Shown here: positions 33,586 through 43,005 of the stretch, in pieces
Position numbering within the stretch: the first letter of the stretch is position 1
Layout of the letters: every line of letters starts with the position of its first letter
Source of the DNA: Terriglobia bacterium
Lineage (GTDB): Bacteria > Acidobacteriota > Terriglobia > Bryobacterales > UBA6623
Direction: 5' to 3'
Length of the DNA stretch: 64,000 nt
Assembly (NCBI GenBank): GCA_009841225.1
Contig: VXMF01000008.1
Span: 17,763-81,762, forward strand
Notes under the pieces: model-generated
Databases searched by the model: none
Told to the model about the DNA's origin: nothing
The model's input: only the letters and a program-made list of their open reading frames with translations
Translations under genes and position numbers: made by a program

Positions 33586-34668
33586 TCAATCCGACGACCG
33601 GACAGCTGGCCGCGCTTCGCCTCCGATGTGAAAGATCAGTTGCTTCGGCCGGCCATCTGCGGCGAGTTCGAATTCGACGGTTGCGGCCGTCCAGCGCAGC
33701 GAGAATTCCGTCTTCGAGTGGGGTAGCAGCTCCAGTGGCGGCAGCAGTCCGAACGTCGCGTACAACGTCGCGCCGTTACGCTTTATCACCGTCGGCAGGC
33801 CCCTGCCTTGGCTGTATGTACCGACGTAACGGTCCAGCATCACCGGCGTCATCGTCATCAGCGGCTTTGTCTGGTGGCGCCCCGGGCCGGGCCGCGGCTC
33901 CTCCTCGAGCTCCCGAATCCAGATGTTGCGGTACAGGACAGGATTGCCGTGATCCTGCAGTTGCAATGGCAAGCGGTCGGGGTGGGTCTCGTAGGGGAGG
34001 TGCTGTAGCCACGATGTGGGCCCCCAAGCCTTGGAGTTGTCCTGGACCAAGACTCCGTTGTGGAATACCGTCAGGCGAGCGGGCTGCGCGACCGACCCGT
34101 CAGGCTGGAACCGTGGCCGTCGGAAGACGATGTCGTAGGCCTGCCATTCGCCCGCGGGGCGGCTGGCATTCACCAGCGGCGGGTACTGGCCGTACAGAGC
34201 CGCAGCCTGACCGTCGGCGTAGGTAACGTTCTCGAAAGAATCGAGCACCTGGATCTCGTACTTGCTCATCAGAAAGACCCCGCTGTTGCCGCGGCCTTGG
34301 CCCTTGCCGCGACCCGGCGTGGGCGCGGCCCACTCGAGGTGCAGCTGAACGTCCCCGTAGCCATCGCGCGTGAAGACAGGACCGCCGCCCGGCACGGCCG
34401 CGAGATTGCCGTCCTTGATGATCCACTTGGCCGGACCGCCGTCCGCGGCCATCCACTTCGAGAGATCCGAGCCGTCGAAGAGGAGGATCGCGTCAGACGG
34501 GGGTTTCACCGGCAGCTGCATCTGAGACACGACCTTGCGCGGCACGGGCCGCGTCATGTCGTGAATCTTCCAGCGCACCGGCGACTGGGCAGACAGCGAC
34601 GGTGCCAGCCACGCCGTGGCAGCGATGAGGGAGAGAACTGGGATTCGTGCAAGCATCGGAACTTTCAA
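33586..34668 (-). CDS. DUF1080 (3-keto-glycoside hydrolase-like) protein with an extra C-terminal domain
   Basis: PPSDAILLFDG, LHLEW, GNSGVF, YEIQVLDS, GEWQAYDI, LQDHGNPV.YRNIWIREL; signal peptide. Confidence 0.88.
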   Translation of the reverse strand: MKVPMLARIPVLSLIAATAWLAPSLSAQSPVRWKIHDMTRPVPRKVVSQMQLPVKPPSDAILLFDGSDLSKWMAADGGPAKWIIKDGNLAAVPGGGPVFTRDGYGDVQLHLEWAAPTPGRGKGQGRGNSGVFLMSKYEIQVLDSFENVTYADGQAAALYGQYPPLVNASRPAGEWQAYDIVFRRPRFQPDGSVAQPARLTVFHNGVLVQDNSKAWGPTSWLQHLPYETHPDRLPLQLQDHGNPVLYRNIWIRELEEEPRPGPGRHQTKPLMTMTPVMLDRYVGTYSQGRGLPTVIKRNGATLYATFGLLPPLELLPHSKTEFSLRWTAATVEFELAADGRPKQLIFHIGGEARPAVRSSD

Positions 34669-34751
34669 ACCTCGTTAGATTCTAGCCGCACATGCGTGGC
34701 AGCCGGACCTCAAGACAATGGCTGGCCGTAACTTCCCGTCCCCGATCTCCG

Positions 34752-37385
34752 CTAGTCGACAAACAGGAACTCGTTGCTGGCGAGCATGGCCCGCAGATAA
34801 CCGGCGCGTCTCTGCTCTTGCGTGCCGTTAGCGGTGGCAAAGTAGCTCGCAGCTTGCTCAGCATCTTGCGGGCTTGGCGCGCGAGCGAAGATGGTTTCGG
34901 TCGCCCTCTCCAAGAAATCGTCCCGCACTGGAAGATCGGCGCTCCAGCGCTCCGCCATGGCCTGAGCCTGTTCGTGCATGAACTCCGAGTTCATCAGGTA
35001 CAGCGCCTGCAGGGTGGTAGTGGTTGACTTCCGCTCGCTCATTGGCAGATTGCCATCCGGCCCGTCGAACAAGTCCAAATACGGATTCTTCTGAATCCTT
35101 CCCTGCATGATGTACACGGAGCGCCGGTTGGTGGGGAAGTATTCCGCGAACGGTTCGTGCTGGCGGTAGAAGTAGGTCCGGCGGTGCGGGAAGGGGTGCC
35201 GTCCTCCTTTGGATAGATCGAGTTCTCCGCTGAACGCCAGAATCGAATCGCGAATCTGCTCCGCATCAAGGCGTCTGCGGTTGAAGCGCCACACGTGTCG
35301 GTTCTGGGGGTCCTTGTCGAAGTTGTGACCGCTGTCGGAGCTGACCTGGCGATACGCCCTCGAGTGGACGATCAAGCGGTGCATGGCCTTGACCGACCAA
35401 CCGCTGTCGATGAAGTAGCGGGCCAAATAGTCCAGCAGCTCCGGGTGAGTGGGAGGCGTGCCGCGCACGCCGAAGTCGCTGGTCGTGCTGACCAGTCCGG
35501 TGCCGAAGTGGTGATGCCAGATGCGGTTGACCATCACGCGAGCGGTGAGCGGGTTGTCTTCGTCAGCGATCCAATCGGCCAGCAAACTGCGCCCGCTGCC
35601 CTCGTAGCTCGGCGGCAGCTTGGCGCCGCCAAGGATCTGCAAGAAGCCGCGGCGAACTTCGGGCCCCTTTGAGCGCGGATCGCCAGCCTGATGAATGTGC
35701 GAATCCTTGCCGACGCCCTCACTGATGGCGTAGGCCGTCTCCAACGGAGGCTCCGTGCGGGCGAAGACAGCTCGCTCGGCCCGGAGCTCCTGCAACTCGG
35801 CCCACACAACGATCCGGTTGCGTCCGGGAGTGGTGATCAGCTTGTTTTGGAACGACTGGTACTCGCGAAACTTCTCCCGCTCGCGGTCATTCCAGTGCGT
35901 GATGCCCTGTTCGTACTCGGCCAAGACTTCGCGGGCCTTGTCCGCGCCGACTCGGTACACGAAGTTGCTGCGATAGGGCAGATGCTCCGCACCGGGGCTT
36001 GGAAAGACCGAGCTGTCCAGAATCCCATAGAGCGCGTAGTAGTCGGCGGTTGGGATCGGATCGAACTTATGGTCGTGGCAGCGGGCGCACTGCACGCTAA
36101 GGCCCAGGAAAGTCTTGCCTAGGTTGTCGATCGTATCCTCGAGAGTAATGTGGCGCAGCCGGTGGGGGCTAACCCCGATACGGCGGGAGATCGCTAGGTA
36201 GCCAGTGGCTACGATCTTGCTCCAACGCTCAAGCTCGCCATGCGACGGCAGTAGGTCGCCGGCGATCTGCTCACGGATGAACTCGTCATAGGGCTTGTCG
36301 CCTTGGAACGCGTCGATGACGTAGTTCCGGTACTTGTACGCCTCCGGGACTGGAAAATCCCCGGAATCGCCAGCCGTGTCGGCATAGCGCACCAAGTCCA
36401 GCCAGTGGCGCCCCCAGCGCTCGCCGTAGCGCGGCGATCGCAGGAGGCGTTCGACTAGGTCCGAATACGCGGTCTGGGATTCATCGGCTAAGAAATCCTT
36501 GATCTCCTGTGGTGTGGGTGGCAGCCCGGTCAAGTCGAAGGTCAGGCGCCGGATCATGGTGCGCTTGCTGGCGAGCGGAGACGGTTCCAAGCCCTCGCTC
36601 TCCAAGCGCGCAAGTAGAAAGCGGTCGGCGGCGTTGGCGGATTCGTAAACACCCGCCGGAGTTGGCACGGCGCCCTGCCAAAGTGGCTGGAAGGCCCAGT
36701 GCTGGCGATGCTCTTCGCTGATTTCGTATGGCTCCACCGCTTTCCCGGCACCCTGCCCCCAGACCGCCCCGTCAGAGATCCACTGCACGATGTCATCCAC
36801 CTCATTAGCCGGCAGCGCCCCCGTCGGCGGCATCTTCAGATCGTGCTCGTAGCGGACGGTCTTGACCAGCAAGCTAGCGTCTGCATTGCCCTTGACCAAT
36901 GCAGGACCTGATTTGCCGCCCTTGAGCAGAGCCTCTAGCGAGTCCATGCGAAGGCCGCCTTGCGGCTCCGTCAGGTGGCAACCGAAGCACTTCGACTCCA
37001 ACACGGGCTTGATACGCGCCTCAAAGAACTCTCGGGGAGACATCGGCCACGGCGCCCCCATCGCAATCCACTGCTCAAGCGCTTCAAACGCGTGGGGCTC
37101 GAGCCGCTGGCCCGCGGGCGGCATGGCCATGCGTCCCTTGATGCCTTGAATCGCGTGCAGCAGGATGCTGCCTTCCGGATCCCCGGGCTGGATCGCCGGG
37201 CCGGACCGGCCGCCCTTGAGCAATCCGGCGCGTGAATCGAGGCGCAGCCCCGCTGTAGCATTCTCGGCGTGGCAGCCGTAGCAGCGGGCGAGTACCGGAC
37301 GCACCTTGGATTCGAAGAACTCCGCTTCCGGTGTCGCTGCCGCCAACTGCGCGAGCGCTAGGAGCGCCATCGGCCAAAGACGCAT
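34752..37385 (-). CDS. Planctomycete-type cytochrome c protein (2x PSCyt1 + DUF1549 + DUF1553)
   Basis: CYGCH, CFGCH, CARCHDHKFDP heme motifs; RRLTFDLTGLPPT, YGERWGRHWLDLVRYAD, ARVMVNRIWHHHFG, RRLDAEQIRDS; signal peptide. Confidence 0.92.
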   Translation of the reverse strand: MRLWPMALLALAQLAAATPEAEFFESKVRPVLARCYGCHAENATAGLRLDSRAGLLKGGRSGPAIQPGDPEGSILLHAIQGIKGRMAMPPAGQRLEPHAFEALEQWIAMGAPWPMSPREFFEARIKPVLESKCFGCHLTEPQGGLRMDSLEALLKGGKSGPALVKGNADASLLVKTVRYEHDLKMPPTGALPANEVDDIVQWISDGAVWGQGAGKAVEPYEISEEHRQHWAFQPLWQGAVPTPAGVYESANAADRFLLARLESEGLEPSPLASKRTMIRRLTFDLTGLPPTPQEIKDFLADESQTAYSDLVERLLRSPRYGERWGRHWLDLVRYADTAGDSGDFPVPEAYKYRNYVIDAFQGDKPYDEFIREQIAGDLLPSHGELERWSKIVATGYLAISRRIGVSPHRLRHITLEDTIDNLGKTFLGLSVQCARCHDHKFDPIPTADYYALYGILDSSVFPSPGAEHLPYRSNFVYRVGADKAREVLAEYEQGITHWNDREREKFREYQSFQNKLITTPGRNRIVVWAELQELRAERAVFARTEPPLETAYAISEGVGKDSHIHQAGDPRSKGPEVRRGFLQILGGAKLPPSYEGSGRSLLADWIADEDNPLTARVMVNRIWHHHFGTGLVSTTSDFGVRGTPPTHPELLDYLARYFIDSGWSVKAMHRLIVHSRAYRQVSSDSGHNFDKDPQNRHVWRFNRRRLDAEQIRDSILAFSGELDLSKGGRHPFPHRRTYFYRQHEPFAEYFPTNRRSVYIMQGRIQKNPYLDLFDGPDGNLPMSERKSTTTTLQALYLMNSEFMHEQAQAMAERWSADLPVRDDFLERATETIFARAPSPQDAEQAASYFATANGTQEQRRAGYLRAMLASNEFLFVD

Positions 37386-37517
37386 CTCGGTAACATTCTA
37401 CAGTCGTAAATTCGCGCCGAAGCCAAGCCCTGCAGGATCGCGGCACATCCATAGCCGACACGAAGGCTCCATGGCCGGCCAGATATAGTATTCCCACAGA
37501 TACCCTCAATACTCCCG

Positions 37518-39092
37518 ATGCCGAAACATTCGACCCGCCGCCAGTTCGCCAAGAGTTCCGCCGCTGCACTGCTGGCTTCCTCGCCCGCCCTTTGGGGTTG
37601 CAAGGACAACGCTGCCGGACCTGCAGGACCCGCGCCGCTCAGCAGGCTCGCCCACGCCGGGCACACGCTTCATGGCCGAGAGCGCGTGTTTCGCCCGCCG
37701 ACTTGGGGGCCGGCCACGCGCCGCCGCTTCGATGGCAAGAACGTCATCGTCCTGATGCTGGACAGCTTTCGCTGGGACCATCTCGGCGCCTTCGGAAATT
37801 CCAAGGCACCCACCCCCAACCTGGACGAGTTCGCCTCCCAATCAACGTTCTTCACGCACTCCTACCCGGAAGGCCTGCCGACCGTCCCTGTGCGCACCAG
37901 CCTCCTCACGGGGCGCTTCACCTATCCCTACCGCCGCTGGCAGGTGCTCTATCCCGAGGATCACCCCCTGCTTCCGGAGATCCTCTGGAGCGAGGGCTTC
38001 CGCACTGCCTTGATCAGCGACACGTACCACCTCCACAAGCCGTCCTATGGCTTCTCGCGGGGATTCGACGATGTCAAGTGGCTGCGCGGCCAGGAGCAAG
38101 ATCCGTACGTGCGCGATCCGGCGATCATCGACTCGATCGATGTCTCACGCCGGTTCAAGCCTCGCGGGGAACGCCCCAACGAAGAGCGCGAGACCAGGAC
38201 TTACCTCGCCAACCGCCACGATTGGAAGACTGACGAGGATCACTTCACGCCGCGCATCATGCGCTCGGCGGTGGAGTGGCTGGAAAAGCAACCCCGCAAG
38301 GAGAATCTGTTCCTGTGGATCGACAACTTCTGCCCGCACGAGCCGTGGGATCCGCCGGAGAGCTATCTCAAGCAGGTCGATCCGGACTTTGCGAACTGGG
38401 AGGTGCGCAATATCTGTCCGGTGCCGGGCGACAGCGCCGGCTATCTGGATGCGGAAGAGCTACGCCAGGTGCTGGCACTCTATGCAGCCGTGGTCCGTTT
38501 TGTCGATGCGTGGGTGGGCTACTTTCTCGATGAAGTCAGGCGCATGGGCATGTACGACAACACGATGATCGTGGTCATGACCGATCACGGCGAGCCGTTC
38601 GGCGATCACGGCATCGTGCGCAAGGTCAGGCCATGGGGCTACGAAGAGCTGGCGCGGACCTTCCTGATGATCCGCGACCCCTCGGGCGGTGGGGTGGAGC
38701 GGGTCGACTCCTATGTCCAACAGACCGATGCCACAGCAACTATCCTCGACTGGCTGGGAATCGACAGGCCCGCCCACATGACCTCGGAGAGCCTGATGCC
38801 ACTGATCCGGGGCCAGCAGGAGAAGATCCGCGACGAGTCCGTGTGCTGCCACTACAACGAAAGCATCTCCGTCCGACACGACGAGTGGAGCTACCACTGG
38901 TTCGTCGAGAACTCGCGGGCCAGGGCCTCTGACCGGAGCTCGATCGTCAAGGAGGCACCGGAGCTCTACAACCTGCGCGAAGACCCCTCCGAACAGAACA
39001 ATCTGGCGCTTCAGGAACCTGAACGGGTCGCGGACATGGACCGCAGGATGCGAGCCTTCACCCAGGATCTGCTAGACCGCGAGCGAGCATAG
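37518..39092 (+). CDS. Sulfatase-fold hydrolase with Thr at the nucleophile position; Tat lipoprotein
   Basis: TRRQF Tat motif plus lipobox LWGC; NVIVLMLDSFRWDH, LPTVPVRTSLLTG, PHEPWDPP, TDHG. Confidence 0.85.
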   Translation: MPKHSTRRQFAKSSAAALLASSPALWGCKDNAAGPAGPAPLSRLAHAGHTLHGRERVFRPPTWGPATRRRFDGKNVIVLMLDSFRWDHLGAFGNSKAPTPNLDEFASQSTFFTHSYPEGLPTVPVRTSLLTGRFTYPYRRWQVLYPEDHPLLPEILWSEGFRTALISDTYHLHKPSYGFSRGFDDVKWLRGQEQDPYVRDPAIIDSIDVSRRFKPRGERPNEERETRTYLANRHDWKTDEDHFTPRIMRSAVEWLEKQPRKENLFLWIDNFCPHEPWDPPESYLKQVDPDFANWEVRNICPVPGDSAGYLDAEELRQVLALYAAVVRFVDAWVGYFLDEVRRMGMYDNTMIVVMTDHGEPFGDHGIVRKVRPWGYEELARTFLMIRDPSGGGVERVDSYVQQTDATATILDWLGIDRPAHMTSESLMPLIRGQQEKIRDESVCCHYNESISVRHDEWSYHWFVENSRARASDRSSIVKEAPELYNLREDPSEQNNLALQEPERVADMDRRMRAFTQDLLDRERA

Positions 39093-39187
39093 ACACTGGT
39101 CAATACAGCCGCGTGGTCCGGGATGATCATCTCCGCGCCATCGGTGCTGGGCGCGAAGAGCTGGTCTGCCCGGAATCGATATTCCTG

Positions 39188-40474
39188 TCAGCGCGGTTGC
39201 GCCAGCTTGCCGGCTTTGACAGCTCCGCCCTGCAGTACGGCCAAGAAGTTCGAGCGATCCTCCAGCAGCCGGATGTTGCCGAGGACATCGCCCTCAACGA
39301 CGAGTAGATCCGCCAGCTTGCCCTCTTCGACAGTGCCGATCTCATCCCCGCGACCCATGATTTCGGCTCCCGTCTTGGTGGCGCACTTGAGAGCCTCGAG
39401 CGGGGTTAAACCAACGTAGTTCACGAAGAACGAAATCTCCTTGGCGTAAGTGCCGTGGGGCGTCCATGCGAATCCGAAGTCGCCGCCGAGGCCCACGCGC
39501 CCGCCCGCTTTGAGGATTCGCCTGGCGCTCTCGGCGCCGGCTTCGAGAGTCTCCTGGTGGCCGTCGATGACTTCTTGCGACATGTCGAACTTCTTGCCGT
39601 TGTTGACCGATGACTGCTCGAACCAAAGCGCCGGGACAACCGGCGTGTCACTCGAGACGATCATCTCGATCGCCTCGTCGTCGACAAACGTGCCGTGCTC
39701 AAGGGTGTCGTAGCCGGCACGCAGCGCGTTCTTCACGCCTTCAAGCGCGCGGCAGTGCCCGGTGACTTTGAGACCGTGGTTGTGCGCCGTGCCAACGACG
39801 GCGTGCATCTCTTCGAATGTCATCGAGAGCGTGTGGTGGTCGTTGACGTTGGGCGCGGCGGCGTCCCCGGTCGGGTAGGTCTTTACCCACTCGATGCCGT
39901 CCTTGACGAGCTTGCGAACCGCCGCGCGCGCCTCCTCGGCGCCGTTGACGATCAGCACCAGGCCTTCCATGCCGATCTTGCGGTACTCCGGATTCCAGTC
40001 CATGATTCCCCCCGCACCGCAAATCTCCCGCCCTGAAGCCGCAAGGCGCGGACCGGGAATCATGTCTTCTTCGATTGCCTGCTTGAGCCAAACGTCGATG
40101 TTGAACAAGCTTCCGCCGCTCCGCGCCGCCGTATAGCCGGCCTCGAGTGCCGTCTGGACGTTCTTCACCGCCCGGATCGTCACATACTCGACTGGATATC
40201 GGATGTCGAGGTCCTGTAGCTCACGCACGTTAAAGTACGTCGGATGGAAGTGGGCCTCGACGAGCCCGGGCATGATCGTTCCGCCGGCAGCGTCGATGAT
40301 TTGGGTATTGGGGGGCGTTTCAGGCGCATCCACTTCCGGACCGGCGTAGGCGATCTTGCCATCTTGAACGACGACGGCGCCGTCGCGTATCGCCGTCGCG
40401 CCGGTTCCGTCGACGAGCTGGCCGTTTCGGACGAGCATCCAGCCGTGAGCTAGCTTCATCGCGAACAGCATCAT
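39188..40474 (-). CDS. Metal-dependent amidohydrolase (Xaa-Pro dipeptidase/imidazolonepropionase-like)
   Basis: MPGLVEAHFH (HxH), WVKTY, GHC, EHG, GGDFG, GKLADLLVV. Confidence 0.88.
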   Translation of the reverse strand: MMLFAMKLAHGWMLVRNGQLVDGTGATAIRDGAVVVQDGKIAYAGPEVDAPETPPNTQIIDAAGGTIMPGLVEAHFHPTYFNVRELQDLDIRYPVEYVTIRAVKNVQTALEAGYTAARSGGSLFNIDVWLKQAIEEDMIPGPRLAASGREICGAGGIMDWNPEYRKIGMEGLVLIVNGAEEARAAVRKLVKDGIEWVKTYPTGDAAAPNVNDHHTLSMTFEEMHAVVGTAHNHGLKVTGHCRALEGVKNALRAGYDTLEHGTFVDDEAIEMIVSSDTPVVPALWFEQSSVNNGKKFDMSQEVIDGHQETLEAGAESARRILKAGGRVGLGGDFGFAWTPHGTYAKEISFFVNYVGLTPLEALKCATKTGAEIMGRGDEIGTVEEGKLADLLVVEGDVLGNIRLLEDRSNFLAVLQGGAVKAGKLAQPR

Positions 40475-40498
40475 AACAACGGCCGGTATACTCTCGAC

Positions 40499-41386
40499 AT
40501 GCGATGCGTTGCGGCGGCTCTTCTAGTCCTTGCAGGTTGCGCCTCCGGTCCTAGTGAGCGGGAGTTGGCCGTGCCCGATCCGCTGGCGGATGCCGGCGTT
40601 TTCTCTCGGACGAACCTGGTCGCCTGGTGCATCGTGCCGTTCGACGCGGCGAAACGCGGCCCTGCCGAGCGCGCAGCGATGCTGGGACGTCTGGGACTGC
40701 GGGCGGTCGCCTACGACTATCGAGACGAGCATATCCCGAGCTTCGACGACGAGATCGCAGCATTGCGCGAGAACGACATCGAGCTGTCGGCCTGGTGGTG
40801 CGGCGGTGTCGACCCGCACGATCCGCTGGGCGGGTCGGTCGGCCTCGCTCTGGAGACTCTGCGCCGCAATCAAGCTTCGAGCGATTTGTGGGTCTCCATG
40901 CGCGAACAGGCGTTCGAGGGACTGTCCCAGCCCGAAAAGCTGACCTTGGCCGCCCAAGCCGTCGATGCGATCGCGTCGGAAGCGGGCAAGCTCAATGGCA
41001 GAGTCGGCCTCTACAATCACGGCGGTTGGTACGGAGAGCCGGAAAACCAGATGGCCGTCTTGGACGAAGCTGAGGCGGACAACGTAGGGCTCGTCTACAA
41101 CTTTCATCACGGCCACGAGCAACTCGATCGCCTAGGCGTGCTGTTTCCGCTGATGGCGCCGAACCTGCTGTGCGTGAACTTGAACGGCATGACTCCTGGC
41201 GGCGCAAAGATCGTGCCGCTAGGCTCCGGCGCTCGCGACCGCGAGATGATCGAGCTAATCCGGGCCTCCGGTTACGAAGGGCCAATCGGCATCTTGGACC
41301 ACCGCAACGAGCTAGACGCAGAGGACTCGTTACGCGAGAACTTGGAGGGGCTTGCCGGCCTAGTATCGACAATCCCTGGGGACTGA
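40499..41386 (+). CDS. Sugar-phosphate isomerase/epimerase-like TIM barrel, predicted lipoprotein
   Basis: Lipobox LAGC; LVAWCIVPFD, GLYNHGGW, VYNFHH, YEGPIGILDH. Confidence 0.72.
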   Translation: MRCVAAALLVLAGCASGPSERELAVPDPLADAGVFSRTNLVAWCIVPFDAAKRGPAERAAMLGRLGLRAVAYDYRDEHIPSFDDEIAALRENDIELSAWWCGGVDPHDPLGGSVGLALETLRRNQASSDLWVSMREQAFEGLSQPEKLTLAAQAVDAIASEAGKLNGRVGLYNHGGWYGEPENQMAVLDEAEADNVGLVYNFHHGHEQLDRLGVLFPLMAPNLLCVNLNGMTPGGAKIVPLGSGARDREMIELIRASGYEGPIGILDHRNELDAEDSLRENLEGLAGLVSTIPGD

Positions 41387-41749
41387 AGGCGCCCAACAGG
41401 ACCTAGCCTTGAAAGGACTACACGGTATTCGATTTGCTCCTGCCGGCGGCCGGGGTCGCCAGGCCCGTTGTTTCAACGGCTCAAGAGGAGCGGGTCCCTC
41501 TTGCTCAACATTCATGGCGGTCCTGGCCATCATATGATTCGCCAGGCTTGGCGATCTACAGGCTCTCTCAACTTCTTCTGACCTTCCCAGGCGCGGCCAG
41601 AGACCGTGGAAGACGAAGATCAGATGCGCCAGAGAAGGCAGAAACCGTTGCGCCACAGCCGCGTGCTCCGCTACGATCGGCTCGTTGGGATGGCCAAGAC
41701 GGAGATCCCAGAGCAGATGGAGAACGCTCCACGCTCGCCAATATTGTCC

Positions 41750-42676
41750 ATGAAACGAGCCCACCACCTCTTCCTCTTATCGCTCCTGGCCTCGGCGCTG
41801 TGCGCTCAGTCCAGCAGCGATCCGCGGAGTCGCCGTAACAAGGGAACGAATCTCAAGCCCGCAACCGTGGCCGTGTTCGCTTCCGGAGACTTCTACGGAA
41901 TGCCCTATCGACTGATCGAACCGCTAGAGATCAAGGATGGCGTTCGCTACCCGCTGATTCTGAACCTGCACGGCCGAGCGGGTATCGGGGACGACAATCT
42001 CAGCTCGCTGCGCCCTTGGTCAGCCACCTTCGCCGATCCGGAATGGCGCGCCGCGTTTCCCTGCTTCGTGGTCACGCCGCAATCCTGGTCATCCTGGTCG
42101 GCATTCAATGAGCGCCCTCCGGAAATGACGCCCGAAACCATCGCACAGTTTCCGAAGATCTGGCAGCGCCTGATTCAGGCGCGACTCTCTGACGTGTCTG
42201 AGTTGTCCACCGGCAGTCTGACCATGACATTTCTACTGCTGGATCAAATGGCGAGGGAGTTCCCGATCGATACCGACCGGGTCTACGTGTTGGGACATTC
42301 CATGGGAGGCTTTGGCAGCTGGAATGCGATTTGGACGGATCCAGAACGGTTTGCCGCAGCCATTCCAAGCGCCGGCGGGCTGACTCCATGGAAAGACCCG
42401 GCGAAGTTCAAGAACGTTCCAGTCTGGGCCTTCCATGGGACCGACGATCCGACCGTGCCGTACGCCTTTAGCCAACGGATCTTTGACCGGCTCGCTGAAG
42501 TCGGCGGCAACATCAAGCTGACCGCCATGGACGGCGTTAAGCACGGCTCCTCCGCCCACGCATTCGCCTATGAAGGCGATGATCCGGAGAAAGGCTGGAC
42601 AACCTCCAGTGCCAGCGAGAAATGCGACCCCACCCCCAGAATCTGGGACTGGCTTTTCCGGCAGAGACGACGGTGA
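41750..42676 (+). CDS. Exported alpha/beta hydrolase (predicted peptidase/esterase, COG4099-like)
   Basis: YPLILNLHG, GHSMGG nucleophile elbow, WAFHGTDD, GVKH; signal peptide; start placed at MKRAHH (41750). Confidence 0.85.
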   Translation: MKRAHHLFLLSLLASALCAQSSSDPRSRRNKGTNLKPATVAVFASGDFYGMPYRLIEPLEIKDGVRYPLILNLHGRAGIGDDNLSSLRPWSATFADPEWRAAFPCFVVTPQSWSSWSAFNERPPEMTPETIAQFPKIWQRLIQARLSDVSELSTGSLTMTFLLLDQMAREFPIDTDRVYVLGHSMGGFGSWNAIWTDPERFAAAIPSAGGLTPWKDPAKFKNVPVWAFHGTDDPTVPYAFSQRIFDRLAEVGGNIKLTAMDGVKHGSSAHAFAYEGDDPEKGWTTSSASEKCDPTPRIWDWLFRQRRR

Positions 42677-42900
42677 GCGCGGAGTTGATCGCCATTGTGA
42701 GCGTCGGAGTTGGCCTGGCAGGGTGAACCTCGGCACAGCCGCACTCCCCGTCCCGTGGCTCCGTGACATCGAGCGAGCGCCGGAAGGCACGCTGCTCGCC
42801 CGAGCTTTGATGGAGCCCGCGCAATGAGTGAATCAAAGAAGTCCGAGTCTCGCGAGATCACGCTCCCGCCGAGCGACTAGCAGCCAGGTCGGGTGGAACT
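42673..42900 (+). pseudogene. Chain of tiny, broken, translationally coupled ORFs
   Basis: GTGA overlap gives MSAELIAIVSVGVGLAG-stop (42673-42726); ATGA overlap gives MSESKKSESREITLPPSD-stop-QPGRVEL (from 42824). Confidence 0.35.
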
Positions 42901-43005
42901 GCGCGGGAGGGTGCCTTCGCCAGAGCGCCAGCCCCCGCCGGAGAATTCTCCCAGTCCCGGACCGGCGGGCTGCTAGGTCGGGCGCTTCGCTGAAGTGGCT
43001 TTAGG

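Noticed and set aside
41360-41767. 135-aa minus-strand ORF between the epimerase-like gene and the esterase
   Set aside because: No recognisable motif, overlaps both neighbours, weak codon bias; possibly a degraded fragment but unsupported
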